From Thermodesulfobacteriota bacterium (lineage in GTDB: Bacteria; Desulfobacterota; Anaeroferrophillalia; Anaeroferrophillales; Tharpellaceae): a DNA stretch of 64,000 nt. Position 1 is the stretch's first letter. Every line of letters starts with the position of its first letter. The notes under the pieces were generated by a model. It searched no databases. It had not been told where the DNA came from and was given only the letters and a program-made list of their open reading frames with translations. The stretch covers positions 14,322 through 78,321 of the forward strand of contig JANTGZ010000001.1 in assembly GCA_024762675.1 (NCBI GenBank), read 5' to 3'. A program made the translations under genes and the position numbers. Of this stretch, positions 9,092 through 20,048 are shown one piece after another.

Positions 9092-10936
9092 TTATTTGGT
9101 TTTGTTAAGATAAAATTCAATTGCCTGGCGGGCTATTGGTGCTGCGGTTGAGCCTCCATGGCCGCCATGCTCGACTAGAACCGCTATCGCAATCTCCGGG
9201 TCATTGTAGGGGGCAAAGGCGGCAAACCAGGCATGATCGCGAAAACGCCAGGGGGTATCTTTTGAACCTTTTAGATCTTCAAGACTCTGTTTGACAACCT
9301 GGGCAGTGCCGGTTTTTCCGGCCATCTCACACCCTTTAATAGTTATTCGGGATTTAAAAGCGGTTCCGCGTTTGTCATTTACCACTTGCCAGAGGGCTTT
9401 ACGTATGGCCTGCACATGTTTGTTGCTGATTTCAACCCTGGTGCCAACAGCTCTTCGGGAAGGACTCTGGTTAGTGGAGGAGTTAAGCGGTTTATTTATC
9501 TCTTTAACCAGATGCGGTTTATAGTAGGTTCCTCCATTTGCGAAAACGCTGTACATGGCGGCAACCTGTAAAGGGGTGGTCGTCAGGTAACCCTGGCCTA
9601 TGCAGATAGCAATTGTATCACCTGTATACCATTGATCATGGACATTTTTCAACTTCCATGATGAACTCGGCAAAAGACCACTTTTCTCTTCCGCCAGTTC
9701 TATGCCGCAGGTTCGACCGAGACCGAACTGGGATCCGTAAGCTGCGATCCGGTCTATAGCAATCCGGGTAGCCAGATTGTAATAATATACATCACATGAC
9801 TCCCTGAGGGATCGATACATATCGACTTTTCCGTGTCCATATCGGTTCCAGCAACGAAAACGGGTATTACCCAGCGTCATGGTTCCGCTACAGGAAAAAG
9901 AGGTTAGCGGGGTAATAATCTGATCTGTCAGAGCGACTGCTGCGATCAAAGGTTTGATGGTGGATCCGGGAGGGTAACGGCCTTGAATGGAACGATTTTG
10001 CAGGGGGCGCAGAGGGTCGTTGTTAATCCTTTGCCAATCCTTGGCTGAAATTCGGGTCGCAAAAAGATTGTTTGAAAAGGATGGGGTGCTGACCAGGGCC
10101 AGGATTTCACCGTTTTTAGGATTGATAGCAACCAGACTTCCGACATCTGCGCCCATCAGTTCAAAGGCAAGTTGTTGGAGGTCAATATCGATGGTTAGTT
10201 CAAGGTTCTTTCCGGATTGGGCCGGTTGTATGGTGTAGGCGGAAAGCTCACGACCACGTGCATTAACTTCAACATGGCGCTGGCCGTCCTCTCCGCGTAG
10301 ATATTCCTGGTAACGTGCTTCGATACCGGAGCGCCCAACCAGATCGTCTCGGGCATAACTTTTATAGGCCGGCAGTGCAAGTTCTCGATCATTTACAAAT
10401 CCCAGATAACCGATAATATGAGAACAGACTTCATCATATGGGTATTCTCGTATGGGTTCGGTTTCAATAAGGATGCCGGGCAGTTCAAGCTTGCGGGCTT
10501 CAACTCGGGCCAATTCATTGGGGCTGAGGTTCTTTTTTAAGGTTATTGGCTGATGGCGGGCACAGGTAGGGGTTTTTTGGTAGAGGTTTACGATTGTCCC
10601 GGCTTCAAGGTCTTCAATCTGAGCCGCCAGCAGGTCTGCAACCTCCTCTATTCGTTCAATGTTTTCAGGAATCAGCTGGAGGTTGAAGCCAAGAGAGTTG
10701 TCGGCCAGGATCTCTTTATTACGATCTGTAATAATACCTCTCAGAGCCCGAACCCTTCTGGTCCTGATGCGGTTATCTTGTGACTTTTGATTATAATGTT
10801 CGCCCTGAACTATCTGCAGGTACCAGAGTCGCAAAGTGATACTGGCGACTATAAGTCCCATGACAATCATGATTACACGTCCATTGGCGGCAATCTGTTC
10901 TCGTTTGCTTTTTTTGCTGTTGTCTACATTTGCCAT
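9092..10936 (-). CDS. mrdA: penicillin-binding protein 2 (peptidoglycan D,D-transpeptidase MrdA)
   Basis: 614 aa. N-terminal membrane anchor, PBP dimerisation domain, transpeptidase motifs (STIKP, SxN, KTGT). Positioned between mreD and rodA. Confidence 0.9.
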   Translation of the reverse strand: MANVDNSKKSKREQIAANGRVIMIVMGLIVASITLRLWYLQIVQGEHYNQKSQDNRIRTRRVRALRGIITDRNKEILADNSLGFNLQLIPENIERIEEVADLLAAQIEDLEAGTIVNLYQKTPTCARHQPITLKKNLSPNELARVEARKLELPGILIETEPIREYPYDEVCSHIIGYLGFVNDRELALPAYKSYARDDLVGRSGIEARYQEYLRGEDGQRHVEVNARGRELSAYTIQPAQSGKNLELTIDIDLQQLAFELMGADVGSLVAINPKNGEILALVSTPSFSNNLFATRISAKDWQRINNDPLRPLQNRSIQGRYPPGSTIKPLIAAVALTDQIITPLTSFSCSGTMTLGNTRFRCWNRYGHGKVDMYRSLRESCDVYYYNLATRIAIDRIAAYGSQFGLGRTCGIELAEEKSGLLPSSSWKLKNVHDQWYTGDTIAICIGQGYLTTTPLQVAAMYSVFANGGTYYKPHLVKEINKPLNSSTNQSPSRRAVGTRVEISNKHVQAIRKALWQVVNDKRGTAFKSRITIKGCEMAGKTGTAQVVKQSLEDLKGSKDTPWRFRDHAWFAAFAPYNDPEIAIAVLVEHGGHGGSTAAPIARQAIEFYLNKTK

Positions 10937-10946
10937 AAGAAGGGGA

Positions 10947-11552
10947 TTAGGCGGAGATGCTGTTGGGGTTGTTTGGCCAATATTTTTTCTGAATAGAGCT
11001 CAGAAAAAATAGGATGGGGATTGCAAACAGGGTTGTGGTGGCGGCTCCGCCAAACGCTTTTAAGATGGTGCCTGAATAGTGTTGGGGGACCATTGTTATG
11101 CCTAAAAAAAAGGTTATAAGGAGTTTGCCAAGGCCGGCAAAAAGAGCCTGTGGGAAGATATGGTTCATGAAAATAGTTTGATTAAGGCGACAGCCGAGAA
11201 GGAAGATGAAAAGATGGCAAAGAGGCTGCAGAATGCCGGGAGAGCTGCTGAATAGGGAGGTAACTAGAGCGATGCCGGTGGCGGATAGTAGAGAGCGCAC
11301 CCCTGGCGGACATGAAGTTAGAAAAATAATGAGTACCAGATTGAGATCAGGTGTGAAAGTGGCCGGAACGCCAAGGTTTGGGAAAAAACTTGATTCGATG
11401 GCGGTCAGGATAAAAGCTGTACAAGTAAAAAAGAGTGGTGAAAAAAGGGCCAGGGTGTTCATATTTTTCAAGTCTTTTAGGGTTGATCTCTCAGCAAAAA
11501 AATCAAGAATTTTAAGAAACTGTGAAAGTGTCGGATCTGAGGTGTGCAACAA
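10947..11552 (-). CDS. mreD: rod shape-determining protein MreD
   Basis: Small polytopic membrane protein directly after mreC. The true start may be the internal Met at ~11462, which would give ~170 aa. Confidence 0.7.
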   Translation of the reverse strand: MLHTSDPTLSQFLKILDFFAERSTLKDLKNMNTLALFSPLFFTCTAFILTAIESSFFPNLGVPATFTPDLNLVLIIFLTSCPPGVRSLLSATGIALVTSLFSSSPGILQPLCHLFIFLLGCRLNQTIFMNHIFPQALFAGLGKLLITFFLGITMVPQHYSGTILKAFGGAATTTLFAIPILFFLSSIQKKYWPNNPNSISA

Positions 11553-11576
11553 AGCCGATGGAGTTTTGCGGAGTTG

Positions 11577-12410
11577 TCAAGAGTTGGGTAGGGAGGGGAT
11601 AATAAAGACCTCCTCAATAGTGTTGAGATCAAATTCAGGTTTTACATTGATGGTTTGACTTAGTCCATTGTGGCTTTGCGTAGTAGTTACGATGGTGCCG
11701 ACGGTTATTCCCTTGGGAAAGATGTTGTCAAGGCCTGAGGTGATCAGTTGGTCGCCGACTTTTACATCGGCGGTGCGCTGCAGGTAGGCCAGTTCGCAGA
11801 GTTCGCCGCCGGTGCCTTGCAGGGTGCCGCGAATACGATTTCTTTGAATGATGACATCACAAGCACTATTTTGATCTACCAGCAACAGGACTTTGGCTGA
11901 TTGTGGCCCGCAGGCAATGATACGGCCGATAACACCACCGGGGGTGAAGACCGGATTATTTACTTCAAGATCCTGGTTGGATCCGCAGTCGATGATCAAG
12001 ATATGAGAGAGACTGTCGGTCTGGCGTCCGATTACATGGGCTGATATGCCTTGGGCCAGAGTGTCATGTTGTTTTTTGAAATTAAGGAGCTTATGCAGGC
12101 GCAGGTTTTCGAGGCGAGCTTCTTCCAGTTGGGCCAGGCGGCTTTCTGCGATGGCAAGATCTTTTTTCAGTTGAGTATTGATCTCTTTTGTGCCGACAAG
12201 GTTGATGTAGCTGTCAAAAGCTCTGCTGCCGGTGGAAAAGGTCAAATCGATGCACTTTTGGATCGGGTAGGTCATGGTCAAGGCCGCCTTTTCAGCTATG
12301 CTGATCAGGCTGCCTCCTCTTTGTAACCCAAAACTGATGCAGAGGGTAAAAAAAGTAAAAATCAGCGCCAGGCTGAGCAGCCATGGCAGTCGGCGGCTGA
12401 AAGCGGTCAT
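11577..12410 (-). CDS. mreC: rod shape-determining protein MreC
   Basis: N-terminal TM, coiled-coil, MreC beta-domains. Position between mreB and mreD. Confidence 0.88.
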   Translation of the reverse strand: MTAFSRRLPWLLSLALIFTFFTLCISFGLQRGGSLISIAEKAALTMTYPIQKCIDLTFSTGSRAFDSYINLVGTKEINTQLKKDLAIAESRLAQLEEARLENLRLHKLLNFKKQHDTLAQGISAHVIGRQTDSLSHILIIDCGSNQDLEVNNPVFTPGGVIGRIIACGPQSAKVLLLVDQNSACDVIIQRNRIRGTLQGTGGELCELAYLQRTADVKVGDQLITSGLDNIFPKGITVGTIVTTTQSHNGLSQTINVKPEFDLNTIEEVFIIPSLPNS

Positions 12411-12467
12411 GTTAGTCTCGCTCTAATGCGGGAATCACTCCCGCAACCCAAAAATTACTGAAAGGCA

Positions 12468-13502
<1,035 letters not shown>

Positions 13503-13938
13503 TTATGAAACTCTCTAAATTATATAGACTACCTTTTTTTCAAGACAGCCTGAAATATGATATTATTTACTGGGTATGCGATTGAAAATGCAAGTCTTGC
13601 GCCAATGTAACTTCAACCATCCAGAACTTCCCTGATCTTAAATCAAACAACTCTTTGTCGATTAAGAAAACTTTAATTTCAACAAGTGCCGGTATGTTAA
13701 CAGGGAAAAAGGGAAAATTCAAGAAAAATAAATGGTTCCGGACTATTTTAGAAAAAAAAAGAGTCTTGATAAAAAAATAGAAAAACGTTCGATTTCTGCA
13801 TCATGAAAAGCTGACTTGACTCCGGCATTCGGATGGATTACATCTCTTGCAGTTTTAACATAAGGGCTCACGCTGATTTTTTATGATGATCCGACTATAC
13901 AAAAAATATTATACGAAGCCGTTAAGGATTGTGCAGCC

Positions 13939-15342
13939 ATGAATCCGTTACAGTTGCCGGATGAGTTCTGGCTCGAGGATACAGTTCTTGATGATGATTC
14001 CGGGGAGTCTCGGCATGTCTATAGTGTCTCTCAGTTAAGTGGTGATATCCGCCTTATTTTAGAGGATAATTTTACTCCGGTCTGGGTCGAGGGTGAGATC
14101 TCAACACTTAGAACTCCAGCTTCTGGACATAGCTATTTTACTCTCAAAGACGAGCGCTCGCAGTTGAAAGCGGTGATTTTTCGTCGTCAACGAGTGGCCT
14201 TGAAGTATCAGCTGCAAGAGGGTGACCGGGTATTATGCAACGGCCGAATCAGTCTTTATGAGCCTCGTGGAGAGTATCAGATTATTGTCTCCAGCATTGA
14301 GCTTCAGGGGCTTGGCGAGTTGTGGCGGGCCTTTACGGATCTCAAAGAGAAACTTATGCGCGAAGGTTTATTCAAACCTGAACGTAAAAAAGCGATTCCT
14401 CAATTGCCTCAAACTCTGGCTCTGATAACTTCAGCTACCGGTGCAGCGGTTCATGATATTCTCCAGGTTGTGAGGCGCCGTTTTGTCGGAGTAGAGATAA
14501 TTGTTGTGCCGGTGACGGTTCAGGGTGAACAGGCTGCCGGCGAGATTGTTGCCGCTTTGGAACTTGTCAACCGCTATTGGAGAGAACGCATTGATACTGT
14601 GATTCTGGCTCGGGGTGGAGGCTCTTATGAAGACCTGCAGCCCTTTAACGATGAGCGGGTGGCCCGGGCAATTGCTGCCGGCTCGATTCCGTTGATCAGT
14701 GCCGTGGGCCATGAGATCGACTTTACAATAGCCGATTTTGTTGCTGATCTCAGGGCCCCGACACCGTCAGCAGCAGCCGAGTTGGTTATCGCTGACCAGA
14801 GTGAAATTGTCGATCGACTGCACCACCTGCGCCAGCGTTTACAGCAGATCGGGCGCTATCAAATATCTGTGGAGCGGCGGCGTTTACAGATGTTGGCACT
14901 GGCACTTGAACGAGGTGGCGAGACGGTTTCCTTAAGGCGTCAGGAATTTGTTGAACTTAAGATTCGTTTCCGGACGGCGATGCTCTCTCGTTTGCGTCTA
15001 GTACGGCAAAATCTTAAAATCTATGAATTTCGTCTGCAACAGGAGTCTCCTCTTTTAAGGATTAAACCACTTTTAGCCGGGATTGATCTGCAAGAACAGC
15101 GATTCAAACAAGCCCTGCGTCATCTTCTGGCCGGAAAACGACAACAGGTTACGGTCTCAAGTGATCGTCTTAAATCCGGCAGCCCCCTGGCCGTGCTGGC
15201 TCGGGGCTATACGATTGTCGAAAGAGTCGACAATGATAAGGTGGTCAGCAAAAGTTCCGACCTGGCAGTGGGAGAGCAACTGCGTCTTCGTCTACATCAG
15301 GGAGGGGCAATGTGTCGGGTCGAGAAGATTGATGAATTGTGA
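13939..15342 (+). CDS. xseA: exodeoxyribonuclease VII large subunit
   Basis: 467 aa, OB-fold N-terminus, XseA catalytic region. Typical length and motifs. Confidence 0.9.
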   Translation: MNPLQLPDEFWLEDTVLDDDSGESRHVYSVSQLSGDIRLILEDNFTPVWVEGEISTLRTPASGHSYFTLKDERSQLKAVIFRRQRVALKYQLQEGDRVLCNGRISLYEPRGEYQIIVSSIELQGLGELWRAFTDLKEKLMREGLFKPERKKAIPQLPQTLALITSATGAAVHDILQVVRRRFVGVEIIVVPVTVQGEQAAGEIVAALELVNRYWRERIDTVILARGGGSYEDLQPFNDERVARAIAAGSIPLISAVGHEIDFTIADFVADLRAPTPSAAAELVIADQSEIVDRLHHLRQRLQQIGRYQISVERRRLQMLALALERGGETVSLRRQEFVELKIRFRTAMLSRLRLVRQNLKIYEFRLQQESPLLRIKPLLAGIDLQEQRFKQALRHLLAGKRQQVTVSSDRLKSGSPLAVLARGYTIVERVDNDKVVSKSSDLAVGEQLRLRLHQGGAMCRVEKIDEL

Positions 15343-15352
15343 TTGGTGAAAT

Positions 15353-16312
15353 ATGAATAAAAAGATAACCTTTCTCTTTTTTTTATTGATGTTGCTATTG
15401 GCGGCTTCTTTCTTGCCGAGTTCGATATGGGCTGAAAACGAGGGCTTTGTTTCGGTTTCTCGATTGGATTATGAGATTTTCCACGCCCCGGAAAATCTGC
15501 GGCCCGGACAGGCTCTAGTGGTTGCTTTTCGTTATCGAGGTACAAAACCGGTGGCTGACCAGCAGCCCCTTATGTTAAATTTTATCGATCGGAAATTCTT
15601 TCTCGAACCAGTTGCCGGAGGTTGGCGAGGGGTAGCAGCGGTTCCTTTGGGAACTGTAGCCGGCAGTTATCAATTGTTGATCAAGTTTGATGATGGTGCA
15701 GAACTGGCTTTGCCGATTACTGTACTTGCTCATGACTATGGTGAACAGCGGCTGACGGTTCCAGACGAGATGGCAACTCCGGTACGACCGGAAAATCTGC
15801 AGAAAATCAAACAAGATCGAAAGAGTTTGAGGCTCGCCTATGCTTCCTCCGGCTCCGACCTTCTTCTTGAAAGAGTGGTTCGACCACCTCTTTCTACAAC
15901 TATCACTTCACCTTTTGGTCGGAGACGGTTGCTCAATGGTAAACCAAAATCTCCACATGGTGGAGTTGATTATAAAGCCGCTGTCGGAGTGCCTATAGTT
16001 GCGGCGGCAAAAGGCCGGGTGGTTCTGGCGGAAGAGCTTTATTATAGTGGTAATCTGGTGCTTCTCGATCATGGTCTAGGTATTTTTACACTTTATATGC
16101 ATCTCGATGAGATATCCTGTCGTTGCGGTGATGTTGTTGATTTCGGTCAGATTATCGGGACGGCGGGAAGTAGTGGCCGGGTAACGGGTCCCCATCTGCA
16201 CTGGGGGGTCAAGATTGCCGGAGTTTTCGTCGATCCGCTTCGTTTTGTTACCGATAGTAAACATTTGTTAAGAGTTCCGTGGGAGGGTGAAGATGGCAAA
16301 AGTAAGTTTTGA
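15353..16312 (+). CDS. M23 family metallopeptidase (secreted, LytM-like)
   Basis: Signal peptide. M23 catalytic motifs HGGVDY...LDHGLGIFTLYMHL...GPHLHWGV. Confidence 0.85.
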   Translation: MNKKITFLFFLLMLLLAASFLPSSIWAENEGFVSVSRLDYEIFHAPENLRPGQALVVAFRYRGTKPVADQQPLMLNFIDRKFFLEPVAGGWRGVAAVPLGTVAGSYQLLIKFDDGAELALPITVLAHDYGEQRLTVPDEMATPVRPENLQKIKQDRKSLRLAYASSGSDLLLERVVRPPLSTTITSPFGRRRLLNGKPKSPHGGVDYKAAVGVPIVAAAKGRVVLAEELYYSGNLVLLDHGLGIFTLYMHLDEISCRCGDVVDFGQIIGTAGSSGRVTGPHLHWGVKIAGVFVDPLRFVTDSKHLLRVPWEGEDGKSKF

Positions 16313-16514
16313 AGATTCAATGAAGAGGCTTGAAGAGGTTGTCGGCAAATTGGAAGGGGAGGAGGTCTCATTGGAAGAGTCCCTGAAACTCTTTGAACAG
16401 GGGGTTAAATTGATGCGTTTTTGTCATCTTCGCTTAAGTGAGGTTGAAGAGAAGGTCCAGACTCTGGTGGCGGATGAAAAAGGGGGTGGCCATCTAGAGG
16501 AGTTTAAGGAGTGA
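16293..16514 (+). CDS. xseB: exodeoxyribonuclease VII small subunit
   Basis: ~74 aa. MAKVSFEDSMKRLEEVVGKLE... matches XseB. Overlaps the 3' end of the M23 gene in another frame. Confidence 0.85.
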   Translation: MAKVSFEDSMKRLEEVVGKLEGEEVSLEESLKLFEQGVKLMRFCHLRLSEVEEKVQTLVADEKGGGHLEEFKE

Positions 16515-17422
16515 ACGAACAGCTAAAGGTTTTTCTGGATGAGTATGTCCCTCGAATAGATCTCTATCTGAAGAAGCTGTTGTTTGCTGATCGGGTCGGT
16601 GTCCGGTTGGCGGCACCATTAAATGATGCTATGCACTACAGTGTCGACGCCGGTGGTAAACGTTTGCGACCGGTTTTGACGGTTATGGCTTACCGTCTTC
16701 TGGCTGACGATTGGCAGCGGGCCCTGCCGGTGGCGGCTGCTTATGAATTGGTTCACACCTACTCTCTGATTCATGACGATCTGCCGGCTATGGATGACGA
16801 CGATCTGCGTCGAGGGCGGCCGACCAACCATAGGGTTTTTGGTGAAGCGATGGCAATCCTTGCTGGAGATGCCCTTTTGACCGAGGCTTTCCGCCTGCTT
16901 GCCGATGAGGTTGAGGCTGGACCTGATATTGTTGTAAAATTGGTTTCCGGTTTGGCCTTGGCAGCCGGGCGTGATGGTATGGTCGGAGGCCAGGCTATCG
17001 ATATTTTGAGCCAGGGAAGCGGTCAGGGAAAAACTGGTAAGCAGAGTGAACTTCTTAAGATTCTGCATCGACGTAAAACCGGAGCTATGATCTCCGGTTC
17101 ACTGTTGGCCGGGGTCGATCTGGCTCAAGGCGATGCCTCCTTGCGATCACGGCTGGCTGAATTTGGTGAAGTTATAGGACTTGCCTTTCAAGTGGCAGAT
17201 GATATCCTTGATGAAGTCGGCGAAGAGGAGAGTCTGGGAAAAGATATAGGTTCCGATCGCGAATTGGGAAAATTAACCTTTGTCTCCCTCTTTGGTCTCT
17301 CTAAAGCCCGGTTCAAGCTTGCCGAACTCCACCGGCAGGCACTCTACCTTCTTGAGCCCTTAGGAGAAAAGGCTGATGGCCTCAGGGCTTTGGCGGATTA
17401 TATTGTAGAAAGGGATCGATAA
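16511..17422 (+). CDS. ispA: farnesyl-diphosphate synthase / geranyltranstransferase
   Basis: Two aspartate-rich motifs (LIHDDLPAMDDDDLRRGRP; second DDxxD region). Canonical xseB-ispA arrangement. Confidence 0.9.
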   Translation: MNEQLKVFLDEYVPRIDLYLKKLLFADRVGVRLAAPLNDAMHYSVDAGGKRLRPVLTVMAYRLLADDWQRALPVAAAYELVHTYSLIHDDLPAMDDDDLRRGRPTNHRVFGEAMAILAGDALLTEAFRLLADEVEAGPDIVVKLVSGLALAAGRDGMVGGQAIDILSQGSGQGKTGKQSELLKILHRRKTGAMISGSLLAGVDLAQGDASLRSRLAEFGEVIGLAFQVADDILDEVGEEESLGKDIGSDRELGKLTFVSLFGLSKARFKLAELHRQALYLLEPLGEKADGLRALADYIVERDR

Positions 17423-18102
17423 TGCAACGTATTCATATATTAGGCTGTGGAAAATTCGGTTATCGGGCGCTGGAGTTTTACGCGCAAAAAAGAGAACCTC
17501 AAAATCTGGTCCTTGTCGATTCAGAGGAGGAGAATCTGGTCTTAGGACAACAGCTCTTATCATCCGCAAATGTGGACTTTTCAACCAGCAGCCGGGACGC
17601 AGTTGATTATCTCGTCACCCTTATAAATGATCCAGAGGCTTTACAGAATGACTGGATTATTCCCACTGTACCACTCCATCTTGCTTTTGCGGTTTTGCGC
17701 CGGCTGAGCCGGCGCGGACAACTGCCCTGGACAACCCGGCCCTCACTGCCTAATCTCTTTGCCGGAGAACGAGACGAGATCTACAGCAGCCTGGCCGATT
17801 TTCTCTGTCCCTCCGATTGCCCTCAGCCGCGAAGCCACTGCTTCCACACCGGGAAAAAGCGCGATCCCTCGCTTCTCAACCTTCTGGCTCGTCTCGATTA
17901 TCGTTTGCAACATGAACAATGTCGGAAATTACCCTCTCTTATCCTGCCCAGTACCCAGATCGGTCCCGGTCTTGGCGGTTTTCCCTTGCGGCGCCTGGAG
18001 CGAATAATTTCTTTTATAAATAATCGCTGCCCCGGCCCGCTGCTTTTTAGCACGGCCTGTCGCTGTCATGGAGTTACCAATATTCTTGCCAGTCAGCAGT
18101 GA
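17422..18102 (+). CDS. hypothetical protein, Rossmann-like N-terminus (ILGCGKFG) and Cys-rich motifs (CPSDCPQPRSHC; CRCH)
   Basis: ATG overlaps the ispA stop, so it is translationally coupled. It occupies the position where dxs is usually found. No recognisable family. Confidence 0.5.
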   Translation: MQRIHILGCGKFGYRALEFYAQKREPQNLVLVDSEEENLVLGQQLLSSANVDFSTSSRDAVDYLVTLINDPEALQNDWIIPTVPLHLAFAVLRRLSRRGQLPWTTRPSLPNLFAGERDEIYSSLADFLCPSDCPQPRSHCFHTGKKRDPSLLNLLARLDYRLQHEQCRKLPSLILPSTQIGPGLGGFPLRRLERIISFINNRCPGPLLFSTACRCHGVTNILASQQ

Positions 18103-18339
18103 AAATCCTTCGGAAAAATGTTCATAAGATTATAAGTTGCCTTGTTAAGCTCTTAGTAAGTGATTTCCCCCATTGTTACCTCTCTAAAAGTAAAAAAAGC
18201 ATACTTTTTTCATACTTTTGTCGTATTGACTTTCCCATAATAATTTGTTTTCTTAGAAATTATATAGAAAAGCATCAAATCATGTGAAAACCACACCCGT
18301 CGAAAGACGGGGTCGGAAAACCACGGGTCTTGTCACCAG

Positions 18340-18392
18340 CATTTTCAAAGACAGCCGGGTTGCCTCTCTCAAGAGCAACTCGGCTGTCTTTG
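18340..18392 (+). terminator. Rho-independent terminator-like hairpin (agacagccg...cggctgtct followed by a T-run)
   Basis: 9-bp GC-rich stem followed by tttgtttgt. Lies within the structured 5' region upstream of the PEP-CTERM gene. Confidence 0.5.
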
Positions 18393-18454
18393 TTTGTGAA
18401 GCTATTTTAAATACACCAAACAGGCATTTAATTTTATAAGGAGGGGGTCAGAGG

Positions 18455-19168
18455 ATGAAAAAGTTAACTTTAATTTATATGATTTTGTTTCTTGTGTTGA
18501 CGCTTGCCGCCGCGACGGCCTCAGCGAATTTGGTGACTATCGGTACGGCAAATTATCTTGGTTCTGACTACAATTTGATCTGGGACGATGACAACAACGG
18601 TAATTCGGTGATCTGGTTGGATTACAGCAATGGCGCAACAAATTGGGTGGCCCAGAACGCTTGGGCCGCAGGACTGAATGCCTCCGGCGTCTTGACATAT
18701 GATATAGATTCAACCTACACCGTTGACTGGGGCACAAACAGCTGGCGACTGCCGGCCACGGTTGACGGTCCGAGAGTTTTTGGCTACGACGGCACCACTA
18801 CAGCCGGTTATAATATCACCAGCTCCGAAATGGGCCATTTATATTATACGGAGCTGGGCAACCTGGGCTATCATGACACAGCGGGTAATACACAACCGGG
18901 TTTTGGTCTAAATAATACAGGAGTTTTTAATAATCTTAGGAATAATGACGGCCGCTACTGGTCCGGCACTGATTTTACAGCCTATTCTTCATCAGCATGG
19001 CACTTTTTTATGTACTACGGCAGTCAAGACACCTATCTTAAAACTAACAACCTCTATGGACTAGCAATTCGCAGCGGCGATGTTTCAGCGGTTCCAGTGC
19101 CTGCGGCTATCTGGCTCTTAGGCTCTGGTCTGATTGCTATTGTTGGAATACGGCGTAAGAAAGGTTGA
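18455..19168 (+). CDS. PEP-CTERM sorting-domain secreted protein
   Basis: Strong RBS GGAGGGGG. N-terminal signal peptide. C-terminal VPVPAAIWLLGSGLIAIVGIRRKKG is a PEP-CTERM motif variant plus TM and basic tail. Confidence 0.8.
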   Translation: MKKLTLIYMILFLVLTLAAATASANLVTIGTANYLGSDYNLIWDDDNNGNSVIWLDYSNGATNWVAQNAWAAGLNASGVLTYDIDSTYTVDWGTNSWRLPATVDGPRVFGYDGTTTAGYNITSSEMGHLYYTELGNLGYHDTAGNTQPGFGLNNTGVFNNLRNNDGRYWSGTDFTAYSSSAWHFFMYYGSQDTYLKTNNLYGLAIRSGDVSAVPVPAAIWLLGSGLIAIVGIRRKKG

Positions 19169-19380
19169 TTTTTTTTATAAGCTGAATGTCATAAGGCAGA
19201 GCTATCAAGGTTCTGCTTTTTTTTGTAATTATCCTTCCGGTTTTAAACGTGACTTTCATTACTCTCCCTGAGGGGGCGCTTTTCTTGACTTGCTTCCAGC
19301 CCTCTGTTACTTACTGTTCAATTCTATCCTGATAGTTTATGCCCTTGTAGAGGGTGTTGTCGGCTGCCAATTGAGGAATA

Positions 19381-20048
19381 TGATAAAGCCCAAGCGGGAA
19401 ACCCTGAAGGATCGTCGTCAGCGAGTGCAAGATGTGATTTTGAATTTGTCACGTCTTTATCCTCTGGCTACCTGTGGGCTTGTCTATAACAGCTCCCTGG
19501 AGTTGCTGGTTGCCGTTATCCTGTCAGCCCAGTGTACAGACGTGCGAGTCAACCAGGTGACCCCAGCTCTTTTTGCCCTCTATCCTGATGCTCGAGCTTT
19601 TGCTCAAGCGTCGCGATCAGAGCTCGAAGAGGCGATCCGAAGTACCGGTTTTTTTCGTAACAAGGCGAAAAATATTCAGCTCTGCTGTCAGCAGCTGCTG
19701 GCCCGGCACGATGGCCGGATTCCACCATCCTTAAATGAGCTGGTTAAGCTCCCCGGGATTGGTCGAAAAACCGCCAATGTTGTTTTAGGGGAGATCTATG
19801 GTTTACAGGGGGTCGTTGTCGACACTCACGTTAAGCGCTTAAGTTGTCTGCTGGGTTTAACCAAAAGTGAAGATCCCGTTAAAATTGAACAGCATCTAAT
19901 GAAAGTTGTGCCGGAGATGGCCTGGAATCTCTTTTCTCATCTTTTGATCTATCATGGGCGTAACCTCTGTCCGGCCCGGCGTCCTGGATGTGAAGCTTGT
20001 CCGGTTGTCCGACTCTGTCCGGCTGGTCACAAGAAAGTATTCTCATAA
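19381..20048 (+). CDS. nth: endonuclease III (DNA glycosylase/AP lyase)
   Basis: HhH-GPD motif (LVKLPGIGRKTANVV) and C-terminal 4Fe-4S Cys cluster (CPARRPGCEACPVVRLC). Start taken at ATG 19381. Confidence 0.85.

Noticed and set aside
19997-20047. Longer N-terminal extension of ampD proposed by the ORF track (start 19997)
   Set aside because: The extension overlaps the nth 3' end. The ATG at 20048 overlapping the nth stop gives a canonical AmpD N-terminus (MSDFTIIDIPSPNFD).
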